From: Lachnospiraceae bacterium
GTDB lineage: Bacteria; Bacillota; Clostridia; Lachnospirales; Lachnospiraceae
Reading direction: 5' to 3'
Length of the DNA stretch: 64,000 nucleotides
Assembly: GCA_024697065.1 (NCBI GenBank)
Contig: JAILGE010000007.1
Location: 52,658 to 116,657, forward strand
Positions 8,156 to 15,968 of this stretch are shown in pieces. Every line of letters starts with the position of its first letter. Position 1 is the stretch's first letter. A program made the position numbers and the translations under genes. The notes under the pieces were generated by a model. The model saw only the letters and a list, made by a program, of their open reading frames with translations. It was not told the origin of the DNA and made no database searches.

Positions 8156-9226
8156 ATGAAGAGGTTGTTAGAGAAAATTAAAGCTTTGGTACAAAAAGAA
8201 CGGCGTATAGCTATACCTGTTGCGATTATCATTTGCGGGTGCGTTTTTATTATAATACGCTATTTTACTTCGGATATGTGGATGATTAAAAGCGAACCGG
8301 ATCAGGTCTGTTATTCTTCTGATGTTAATACGTTTCCAAAGCGCGGCGATGATTGGCATAAGATCAGCCGGCAGGCAATACTGACGCATGAGCAGTTTGC
8401 CGGGATAGATGGTTCGACCGGTACGCTTCCTATCACTACTGAGCTGGCCAGACAATTCTATGATGTTTCAGACACAGATATGTGGGGGTATGTACACCAC
8501 AATAAGACGGATGTAGCTTACGAAAATTTGATAATGGGAAATGACAATCATTTGAACTATCGTGAGAATGATAAGCCGATGGAGGCTAGTCAGCGTGTTA
8601 GGATATTGTTTGCGACACCGCCTTCGGTTGATGAGTATGAACAGGCAAAGAATCAGGGTGTAACACTTGAAGTAGACCCTGTTGCTTTGGACGGGTTTGT
8701 GTTTATCACTCATAAAGATAATCCTGTGGAAAGTCTGACTGTTCAACAGATACGTGATATTTATTCGGGGAAAATAACCAATTGGAAGATGGTTGGAGGA
8801 AAGTTTGAGACGATCCGTGCATATCAGCGAACGAAGAATTCCGGTAGCCAGACGGCTATGGAGGAGATGGTGATGAACGGCGAACCGATGGTTGAGCCTC
8901 CGACTACGTTCGTGGCGTTATCTATGGGGGAATTATTGGAAGATGTGGCGGAGTACGATAATAGTACTGCGGCTATAGGTTATACGTATTACTACTATAT
9001 TAACAAGCTTTACATAAATGAGGATATCAAAGTGATCAAGATAGACGGAATATCTCCGGATAATGAGAATCTGATCAGTGGTAAATATCCTTTTACGAAT
9101 TCGTATTGTGCGGTGATCAGGTCTGACGAGCCGGAGGACAGTCCGTACAGAGCGCTGAGGGATTATCTGCTGACTGATGAAGGACAACAGATAATTGAAA
9201 TGGCGGGTTACTGCCCTGTTAGGTGA
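8156..9226 (+). CDS. PstS-like (PBP domain) substrate-binding protein with N-terminal membrane anchor
   Basis: DGSTGTLP, VALDGFVFITHKDNPVESLT, YQRTKNSGSQT and AIGY match the PBP_like_2/PstS pattern. Alternative start at 8132. No pstCAB nearby. Confidence 0.75.
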   Translation: MKRLLEKIKALVQKERRIAIPVAIIICGCVFIIIRYFTSDMWMIKSEPDQVCYSSDVNTFPKRGDDWHKISRQAILTHEQFAGIDGSTGTLPITTELARQFYDVSDTDMWGYVHHNKTDVAYENLIMGNDNHLNYRENDKPMEASQRVRILFATPPSVDEYEQAKNQGVTLEVDPVALDGFVFITHKDNPVESLTVQQIRDIYSGKITNWKMVGGKFETIRAYQRTKNSGSQTAMEEMVMNGEPMVEPPTTFVALSMGELLEDVAEYDNSTAAIGYTYYYYINKLYINEDIKVIKIDGISPDNENLISGKYPFTNSYCAVIRSDEPEDSPYRALRDYLLTDEGQQIIEMAGYCPVR

Positions 9227-9235
9227 AGGTAAAAA

Positions 9236-9700
9236 ATGGCAAATTTTGAAAAGTATGCTTTGGAAATTGCGAAAAACAGAATATATAACGCAGTTGTTTT
9301 GCGATTAAAGGGAAATGCTATAATGATGATTTTGCTTGCACTCGGTTATATAACTTCGCATATGGTGCGTTATATGTTTTTTTGGAAAGGTAACTCCGTG
9401 TTTTTTATAATCGGATTGATTTTTTTAGATACTCTTTTGGCTATTCTTTGGCTTAAGAGTAATGTTTTTCATACGTTACATCTCATGTTATATATTTTTT
9501 GGGGCGGATGGTATTATTGGGCTTATATTTTTGTGGTTATTCACAGCCCTTTGGATGGAATGGATGATAGTTCGTTTGTATTTACATTTTTTTTGGCATT
9601 TCTTATGTGGGTATTCGGTTTTATTCCGTTTATTCAATGCGGAATAGGACGGAAAGAGCGGGGGAAAGCGTTGAAGGCGATGGAACATTTGGATGAGTAA
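9236..9700 (+). CDS. Hypothetical membrane protein (about 4 TMs)
   Basis: 154-aa hydrophobic ORF 9 bp after the previous stop. T-rich, with atypical composition. Confidence 0.65.
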   Translation: MANFEKYALEIAKNRIYNAVVLRLKGNAIMMILLALGYITSHMVRYMFFWKGNSVFFIIGLIFLDTLLAILWLKSNVFHTLHLMLYIFWGGWYYWAYIFVVIHSPLDGMDDSSFVFTFFLAFLMWVFGFIPFIQCGIGRKERGKALKAMEHLDE

Positions 9701-9920
9701 ATCATTCGGACGTTTTTTGGGAAAAAGGTAATCTGTTCGGCAATTTTATTAATTTTCTTTTGTTTCTTTTGTGCTTTTTTGTAAAAACCAATATTGCAAC
9801 TCTTTTATATTATGTTATCCTTATATCGTTGTGGAATTTACAGCCGGTATTATTGACTGCAGATGACAGTTGGTTTTTGCTGTCTGAGGCTTGGAGAATG
9901 ATTCAAGAAAGGACTTCATT

Positions 9921-10166
9921 ATGATCACAAAGACGATCAAGATTCAGAAAGATATGGACATGGATGTCATCCCTTATCTGGTTCAATCAGCTTGCCATTA
10001 CGACTGCACGCTTCACATCAGTGAAGGAAACAAGGACATCAACATGAAAAGTATCATGGGAATGACTGTTCTTACACTCAGAAAGGGAACAAGCTTTGAG
10101 CTTAAGGCTGATGGTTCAGATGAGACCAGAGCCGTTAATGAGATCGCCGGTTGCTTTGAGCAGTGA
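9921..10166 (+). CDS. HPr-family protein lacking His15
   Basis: NMKSIMG (Ser46 motif), ADGSDE and HPr length. No GLHARP motif. RBS AAAGGA before the ATG at 9921. Confidence 0.85.
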   Translation: MITKTIKIQKDMDMDVIPYLVQSACHYDCTLHISEGNKDINMKSIMGMTVLTLRKGTSFELKADGSDETRAVNEIAGCFEQ

Positions 10167-10190
10167 TCCGTTAGATGATCATATTTTTAC

Positions 10191-10220
10191 GCACCCCGCA
10201 TTTTTGCGGGGTGTTTTTTT
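10191..10220 (+). terminator. Terminator after HPr-like gene
   Basis: GCACCCCGCA-TTTT-TGCGGGGTGT followed by a T run. Confidence 0.85.
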
Positions 10221-10327
10221 ATGCTGTAATATCGTTTTCTTTAACGGATTATTTCTGGTTATTGAAATAAATATTTCGGAATTGTTACGCCTCAAATTTT
10301 CGATAAATCCTGAACAAAGCCATAGAC

Positions 10328-10383
10328 TTGACATTTTGGCTTACAATAAATATAATTGTTAACACTTGTTAAGAAAGTGTTAA
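10328..10383 (+). promoter_or_regulatory. Consensus sigma-A promoter followed by three TGTTAA direct repeats
   Basis: TTGACA (10328-10333), 17 bp, TATAAT (10351-10356). TGTTAA at 10357, 10367 and 10378. Confidence 0.8.
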
Positions 10384-10427
10384 GCAAGGTTTCAAAAAGT
10401 TAAAAAATAATTAAGAGGTTTACGAAA

Positions 10428-11513
10428 ATGAGAGCGAAGAGAAATAAGCACAATCTGATCAGTATGATCGCAGTGCTTTTTCTGTGCAGCATGGCTGCAG
10501 TGGTTCTTTTTCCTTCAAATGCAAAAGCTGCTTCACTATACAGCAGTGGAAGTTATTATGAAGTGCTTGCCACATCATGCCTGAGAGAAGCTCCTTCCAA
10601 AGAGTCCAGACAGATAGGATCTGTTAAGCGTGGAGAGAGTGTTCTTATGATACGTGATGAGGGAAACGATTTCTGCTTTGTATCCCACAACGGAGAAGAA
10701 GGATATATTTACAGCGGATGTGTTGATACTGTTGCTGTTGCTGCTGTTGCATCTGTTATAACCGACTCCGTGAAAGAGAAGAACAGCTCCGGCAACAGTG
10801 TCATGGAAATGTCTATGATGCTTGGCGGAAGTGCCGGAAAAACCGGCGCCGTAAAAAAATCCTCCGATGACCGGAATGTTTCCGGGGTTGAGGTGCTTAA
10901 GGCAGTATCGGCTTTTTCAACGGCAGCCATGAATAGCGATCACGAAGTTGCGGATGAACCCGAACCCGAGGAGACAAAAGATATAGCGGAAGGTGTCCTG
11001 TATTGTACTCTTGCTGATGTAAATATGAGAGACGGAGCAGGAAAGTCTTTCGGATGGGTGACTGCGATCCCCGAAGGCTCTGCGGTTGAAGTCATTGGAA
11101 ATATAAAGGACGATTACTGCCTTGTAAAATATAACGGTTATGAAGGTTATGTGATGTCTGCGTGTCTGTTCAGCAGGGTGGAAGATATTACCAAGGCGGG
11201 TGGAAGAGCTCTTGCGTTTACATGTACGGGTTACTGCCCGTGTGAGAAATGCTGCGGTAAATTCTCCTCTGAGGTCACAGGCGTGGAACAGCATACTGCG
11301 ACCGGAACGATACCTACAGCCGGCAGGACCATCGCAGTAGATCCGAATGTGATACCTTACGGCACCAGGATAGAGATAGAAGGTCTGGGTTCCTTTGTGG
11401 CTGAAGACTGCGGCGGGATGGTAGAAGGAAATCATATTGATATATATTTTGACACTCATGAGGAAGCTGTTGCTTTCGGAAGACAGACACGGTATGTGGT
11501 ATTCCCCGAATAG
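10428..11513 (+). CDS. Secreted SH3b-SH3b-3D domain cell-wall protein
   Basis: Signal peptide and two SH3b-like segments (LREAPS...GYIYSG; NMRDGAG...GYVMS). C-terminal 3D domain (TATG, RTIAVDPNVIPYGT, AEDCGG, HIDIYF). Confidence 0.9.
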   Translation: MRAKRNKHNLISMIAVLFLCSMAAVVLFPSNAKAASLYSSGSYYEVLATSCLREAPSKESRQIGSVKRGESVLMIRDEGNDFCFVSHNGEEGYIYSGCVDTVAVAAVASVITDSVKEKNSSGNSVMEMSMMLGGSAGKTGAVKKSSDDRNVSGVEVLKAVSAFSTAAMNSDHEVADEPEPEETKDIAEGVLYCTLADVNMRDGAGKSFGWVTAIPEGSAVEVIGNIKDDYCLVKYNGYEGYVMSACLFSRVEDITKAGGRALAFTCTGYCPCEKCCGKFSSEVTGVEQHTATGTIPTAGRTIAVDPNVIPYGTRIEIEGLGSFVAEDCGGMVEGNHIDIYFDTHEEAVAFGRQTRYVVFPE

Positions 11514-11542
11514 CGGCTGAAAGTCAATAAAATAAAAGCTTT

Positions 11543-11568
11543 AACCGCCTTTTCAAGGCGGTTTTTTG
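11543..11568 (+). terminator. Terminator after the SH3-3D gene
   Basis: AACCGCCTT-TTC-AAGGCGGTT followed by a T run. Confidence 0.85.
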
Positions 11569-11657
11569 TACCCTGAGTTATCTAAATCTCTTTACTAATT
11601 TGTGAATCTATACTATAATGTTTGACAGATAAATCCTTTTTTTAATGCAATTTTTAC

Positions 11658-14069
11658 ATGGGGGTAAGTTCAATGGCTAGAGTTTGCGCAAACTGCGGAC
11701 ACAGACTTGGAAGGAAAGACAAATTCTGCGGTGAATGCGGATCCTCCGACATCACGGAAACAGCTTCGGTCTTTGGTTTTGAGATCGCTCCGAAGACCAA
11801 GAAATGTATATATTGCGGTGAGACACTTGAAGGCAAGGCTAAGTTCTGCTGGAAGTGTGGCAAACCTACAGAAGGCGGTATAGATCTGTCGTTCCTTGAC
11901 AGGAAGGGCAGTGATTATGTCGCGCCCGACAGTATTGTAGGTGCGGATAATCAGACTTCCGGAATGCAGAAATCCGCTGCGCCTGTCCAGACATCACAGG
12001 CATCGGCACAGCCTCTCCCGGAACTCGATTTTCTTAAATCTCCGGAGGATTTTTCGTCTTCGCTGGGTGGAGATGCCGAGATCAATCTCAATTCATCGAG
12101 CAGATTAAGTTCCGCATCAAACAAGAAAGAAGAGAATCAATATGTTCAGCCTGCAGCGGCTGTATGGAGTCTGCCTCAGGAGGATACTCATCCACAGAAT
12201 CCTACCGGTGCTCCCGTTCAGAACAATGTGACTGAAACGGTAGCTCCGGTGGTAGCGCCGGTTCAGTCACCGCAGATGACTGTTACTCCTGTTTCTCAGC
12301 AGATACAGCCTGCGCCTGTCCGGAGTGCGGCACCTGTGCCTGCGGTAAATATTTCCGCAGCTAAGGATAATAAGGATGCAAAAGAGGTTGCAAAAGATGT
12401 TTCGAAAGATGCTTTGATAGAAGCTGCGGCAGAAGCTGAGAAGAAGGCTGCTGAAGAAGCGGCACGCAAGGCTGAGGAAGAAAAAAAACGCGCCGAGGAA
12501 GCGGCACGCAAGGCTGAGGAAGAAAAGAAACGTGCTGCTGAAGAAGCGGAACGCAAAGCTGAAGAGGAAAGAAAGGCAGCCGAGGAAGCAGCACGCAAGG
12601 CCGAGGAAGAAAAGAAACGCGCCGAGGAAGAAGCGGCACGCAAGGCTGAAGAGGAAAGAAAGGCAGCCGAGGAAGCGGCACGCAAAGCTGAAGAAGAAAA
12701 GAAACGTGCCGAGGAAGAAGCAGCACGCAAAGCTGAAGAAGAAAAGAAGCGTGCTGAGGAAGAAGCGGCACGCAAAGCCGAAGAGGAAAGAAAGGCTGCC
12801 GAGGAAGCGGCTCGTAAGGCTGAAGAGGAAAGGAAACGCGCTGAGGAAGAAGCAGCACGCAAAGCCGAAGAGGAAAGAAAGGCTGCCGAGGAAGCGGCAC
12901 GCAAGGCCGAAGAAGAAAGGAAACGCGCCGAGGAAGAAGCGGCACGCAAAGCTGAAGAAGAAAGGAAGGCTGCTGAGGAAGCGGCACGTATAGCAGAAGA
13001 AGAGAGAAAGCGCGAGGAAGAGCTCAAAAAGCTCGAGGAGATGAGAGCCGGTGCGGACAAGGATGCTGCCAAAGCCATCAAAGCCATGAAGGCAGGAGCT
13101 CACGAAGGCAAAGGTTCCCTTGAAGCTGTTCTCGATCGTTATCATGAATATGAGAACAAGTCCGGAGTAAAGATGTCTGAAGAAGCGGATAATTCCTGCT
13201 TCATCGATGTTGAAGATCTTTTAGGTGTACACTATTATGAGGAGAATGCGTTCAAGCTTGCTTTTCCTCTCCTTAAGGATGCTGCTGAGCACGGAAGAGG
13301 TGCATCGGGGCTCTGTTACAGTGAATACATATTAAGGAATCGCACGGAACTGCCCGATGAGCCGGAATGCCTTAAGAATATCCTTGAGATGACTTTGGAA
13401 GACGAAGAACTGATGAAGGATGATTCCAAGAAGATCAGGGCTCTGTTAGCATTGGCAAAGGTCTATAAGGACGGTGTATCGGTTGAAAAGGATATGGCTA
13501 AGGCTTTTGAATGCTACAAAGAGAGTGCAGAACTTGGAAGTCCCAAGGGCATAGCGATGGTTGGACGCTGCTATCTCTATGGAGACGGCGTAAAGCGCGA
13601 TCCAAAGGAAGCTTTTGCATGGAATCTTAAAGGCGCTGAAGCGGGTGAGGAGACCGGCATCCGTAATCTTGCAGTTGCATATGACTACGGTACCGGTGTA
13701 AAGCGTGATCCCAGGGCGGCTGTTGAGTGGTACAAGAAGCTGCTCTCGCTCATCAGTAATGACCGTTTCGCAAAATACCGTATTGCTTATTGCCTTTCCA
13801 ATCCGGATCGTCTGGTGGGCTATAAGCCTGATGACGATATGTACAGGGAGGCTTATGATTATGCTTCTCAGGCTCTGGAAGAGGGCGAGAAAGATGCCGA
13901 ATATGTCATCGGCTATCTCAGGACCCTTCCGATCAACGGAGGTCCGAATTATACGGAGGCATATTCTCACTTTGCAAAGGCTGCAAATAACGGCAATAAC
14001 AAGGCGAGAGAATGGATGGGTAAATTCACCAAACACGGTAACGGAACTTATTCATTGAAGTCTGTATAA
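11658..14069 (+). CDS. Double zinc-ribbon / charged helical repeat / Sel1-repeat protein
   Basis: N-terminal CxxC pairs (CANC..CGEC; CIYC..CWKC), then a P/Q/A linker and an E/A/R/K repeat. C-terminal Sel1 repeats ([53 protein letters not shown]). Confidence 0.85.
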   Translation: MGVSSMARVCANCGHRLGRKDKFCGECGSSDITETASVFGFEIAPKTKKCIYCGETLEGKAKFCWKCGKPTEGGIDLSFLDRKGSDYVAPDSIVGADNQTSGMQKSAAPVQTSQASAQPLPELDFLKSPEDFSSSLGGDAEINLNSSSRLSSASNKKEENQYVQPAAAVWSLPQEDTHPQNPTGAPVQNNVTETVAPVVAPVQSPQMTVTPVSQQIQPAPVRSAAPVPAVNISAAKDNKDAKEVAKDVSKDALIEAAAEAEKKAAEEAARKAEEEKKRAEEAARKAEEEKKRAAEEAERKAEEERKAAEEAARKAEEEKKRAEEEAARKAEEERKAAEEAARKAEEEKKRAEEEAARKAEEEKKRAEEEAARKAEEERKAAEEAARKAEEERKRAEEEAARKAEEERKAAEEAARKAEEERKRAEEEAARKAEEERKAAEEAARIAEEERKREEELKKLEEMRAGADKDAAKAIKAMKAGAHEGKGSLEAVLDRYHEYENKSGVKMSEEADNSCFIDVEDLLGVHYYEENAFKLAFPLLKDAAEHGRGASGLCYSEYILRNRTELPDEPECLKNILEMTLEDEELMKDDSKKIRALLALAKVYKDGVSVEKDMAKAFECYKESAELGSPKGIAMVGRCYLYGDGVKRDPKEAFAWNLKGAEAGEETGIRNLAVAYDYGTGVKRDPRAAVEWYKKLLSLISNDRFAKYRIAYCLSNPDRLVGYKPDDDMYREAYDYASQALEEGEKDAEYVIGYLRTLPINGGPNYTEAYSHFAKAANNGNNKAREWMGKFTKHGNGTYSLKSV
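12430..13025 (+). repeat. Intragenic tandem repeat, 13-14 aa unit (E)EAARKAEEE(R/K)K(A/R)A, roughly 14 copies
   Basis: 39/42-bp imperfect DNA repeats (e.g. GAGGAAGCGGCACGCAAGGCTGAGGAAGAA) with synonymous variation between copies. Confidence 0.92.
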
Positions 14070-14095
14070 ATATTTATAAAAATATAAAAAAAAGA

Positions 14096-14126
14096 AAAGC
14101 AGGGGTTGACATCCCCTGTTTTTTTT
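14096..14126 (+). terminator. Terminator of the Sel1 gene, overlapping the tRNA promoter
   Basis: AAAAGCAGGGG-TTGACAT-CCCCTGTTTTT then Ts. The loop is the -35 TTGACA (14106-14111), with GATAAT at 14129-14134. Confidence 0.75.
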
Positions 14127-14158
14127 GGGATAATAACTCTCGCGTCTGAAAGTAGCGT

Positions 14159-14232
<74 letters not shown>

Positions 14233-14282
14233 TTGATCGTGAAAACGATCGAATAAGGACAGCCTTTAATTGATGGCAAAAT

Positions 14283-14357
14283 GGTGGGTATGGCGTAGTT
14301 GGTTAACGCGCCAGATTGTGGTTCTGGAGACCGAGGGTTCGAGTCCCTCTACCCACC
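14283..14357 (+). tRNA. tRNA-His (GTG)
   Basis: G-1, acceptor GTGGGTA/TACCCAC, anticodon loop TTGTGGT and C discriminator. Confidence 0.97.
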
Positions 14358-14361
14358 CTCC

Positions 14362-14433
14362 TGGGCTGTCGCCAAGCGGTAAGGCACAGGGTTTTGATCC
14401 CTGCATGCGCCGGTTCGAATCCGGCCGGCCCAG
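14362..14433 (+). tRNA. tRNA-Gln (TTG)
   Basis: Acceptor TGGGCTG/CGGCCCA, anticodon loop TTTTGAT, T loop TTCGAAT. Confidence 0.97.
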
Positions 14434-14450
14434 CTGCTTTTAAATATATT

Positions 14451-14476
14451 TCTCCCCATGAGGGAGATTTTTTATT
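14451..14476 (+). terminator. Terminator after the tRNA cluster
   Basis: TCTCCC...GGGAGA hairpin followed by TTTTTTATT. Confidence 0.65.
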
Positions 14477-14619
14477 GCTTTAACAAAACGGATACATCGG
14501 GCGGTTTCCGGCGGGACAGTACTTTGCGTTTTGTGTGCGGATGCTGTATTATTATCCTGATAAGGGATAAGGGGTATACGATCCCGGAAATGACATCTTA
14601 TGATATGGGAACGATCGTA

Positions 14620-15678
14620 ATGGACAGAGAGATAAAGAAGATCATTCATACAATTGCTGCCGCATCCATGACTTTGCTTCTTTGGGGCTGTGGCAGGCCT
14701 GCCTCCGACCCGATTGAAGAGGGGCTGAATAAAGTGGCTCTTCAGGAATATGATGCCGCTATTGAGATACTTCTCCCGGCTACCGAGAGTAAAGCTCTCA
14801 GGGAAGAAGCGGAACGCGGTATCGGACTGGCATATATGGGGCGTGCTGAGTATGGCAAAGCCGTACAGCATTTTAATAATGCATTGAAAGCCGCGGGAAC
14901 TGCTGACGGCAGCCTTGAGTGTGATATCAATTATTATCTTGCCGTATCCTATGCAAAGCTTGGAGAGACGGATAAGGCCATTGAACGCCTTGATGCGGTC
15001 ATTGCCGTCAATCCGGGGGATGAGGCTGCCATGTTGGAGAGAGGCAAGCTCAGGCTTTCTATCGGAGAGACTGAAGGAGCCGGCGAGGATTTCAACAAGG
15101 CAAGTAATGCCGGAAAGCACAATGGCGGTATTTATATTGACATATATGAGGATTATGCCAAATTCGGAAAGGAATCCGAGGGCGCTGAATTTCTGACCGC
15201 GGCCCAGGCTCTTGATAAGTCGAAATTAAATGACTATGACAACGGCAGGATATGCTATTACTCCGGTCAGGTAGAGGAAGCGGCTAATTATTTTGAACAT
15301 GCAAGAAGTACCGGGAATTCGGATACGGATCTGATCAGGATGCTGGGACGCTGCTATCAGGACCTGGATAAGGGAGAGAATGCTTCTGCAATCTATCAGG
15401 GTTTCCTGGATGAGCATGAGGATCCGTCTGTCTGCAACGAGATGGGGCTTTATTATGCAAAGCAGGGAGAATATGATAAGGCTGCGGATGCATTTGCAAG
15501 AGGGATATCCATTGCCGAAAACAATACTTATATGCAGACTATGAAGCGCAATGAGATAGTATGCAGGGAGTATATGGGAGATTATGAGACTGCTGCCGAG
15601 CTTGCTGCCGGCTATCTTGAGATATACGGCCCGGATGAAGCTATGGAAAAGGAATATGCGTTTTTAATTACTAGATAA
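14620..15678 (+). CDS. TPR-repeat lipoprotein
   Basis: Lipobox LWG-C and multiple TPR-like helices (GLAYMGRAEYGKAVQHF, YYLAVSYAKLGETDKA). Start placed at 14620 because the ORF-track start (14458) lies inside the tRNA terminator. Confidence 0.8.
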   Translation: MDREIKKIIHTIAAASMTLLLWGCGRPASDPIEEGLNKVALQEYDAAIEILLPATESKALREEAERGIGLAYMGRAEYGKAVQHFNNALKAAGTADGSLECDINYYLAVSYAKLGETDKAIERLDAVIAVNPGDEAAMLERGKLRLSIGETEGAGEDFNKASNAGKHNGGIYIDIYEDYAKFGKESEGAEFLTAAQALDKSKLNDYDNGRICYYSGQVEEAANYFEHARSTGNSDTDLIRMLGRCYQDLDKGENASAIYQGFLDEHEDPSVCNEMGLYYAKQGEYDKAADAFARGISIAENNTYMQTMKRNEIVCREYMGDYETAAELAAGYLEIYGPDEAMEKEYAFLITR

Positions 15679-15724
15679 TCCTGCGTAAATTTGTGCAGAT
15701 TCAACAACTGTTCTGCTTCAAACA

Positions 15725-15772
15725 TCACAATATCTTGTGTTAACCTTGAAAGGTATACATTAGATATTGTGT
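15725..15772 (+). promoter_or_regulatory. Tandem NrdR boxes
   Basis: TCACAATATCTTGTGT (15725-15740) and ACATTAGATATTGTGT (15757-15772), starts 32 bp apart. A third similar box GGACTATATCTTGTAT lies at 15935-15950. All are upstream of nrdD. Confidence 0.85.
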
Positions 15773-15779
15773 TTTTTTA

Positions 15780-15808
15780 TTGACAGCCTAAATGCCCTCT
15801 GATAGAAT
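15780..15808 (+). promoter_or_regulatory. nrdD promoter
   Basis: TTGACA (15780-15785), 17 bp, TAGAAT (15803-15808). Confidence 0.8.
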
Positions 15809-15968
15809 ACAAATACACGGTCAAATTCGGCAGTTATGTAAACGTTCTGTTTACACAATCCGCAAAGAACAGACAGTGAAATCAAGTTAGTGAGTTCGAA
15901 ACATGGCACTATTATCGCCAAAAACAGGGGAAACGGACTATATCTTGTATGAGAAAGGATGAGAGGGT

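Noticed and set aside
9825-9920. Possible structured 5' UTR of the HPr-like gene
   Set aside because: Only one 5-bp stem (GACAG/CTGTC) is evident, which is within chance.
12267-13145. Several long overlapping ORFs in other frames and strands
   Set aside because: They arise because the tandem repeat lacks stop codons in those frames. The products are low-complexity mirrors of the real protein.
15810-15968. Possible cobalamin riboswitch in the nrdD leader
   Set aside because: Only a small hairpin (TGTAAAC/GTTTACA) is visible and the B12-box motifs are absent. NrdR boxes already explain the regulation.
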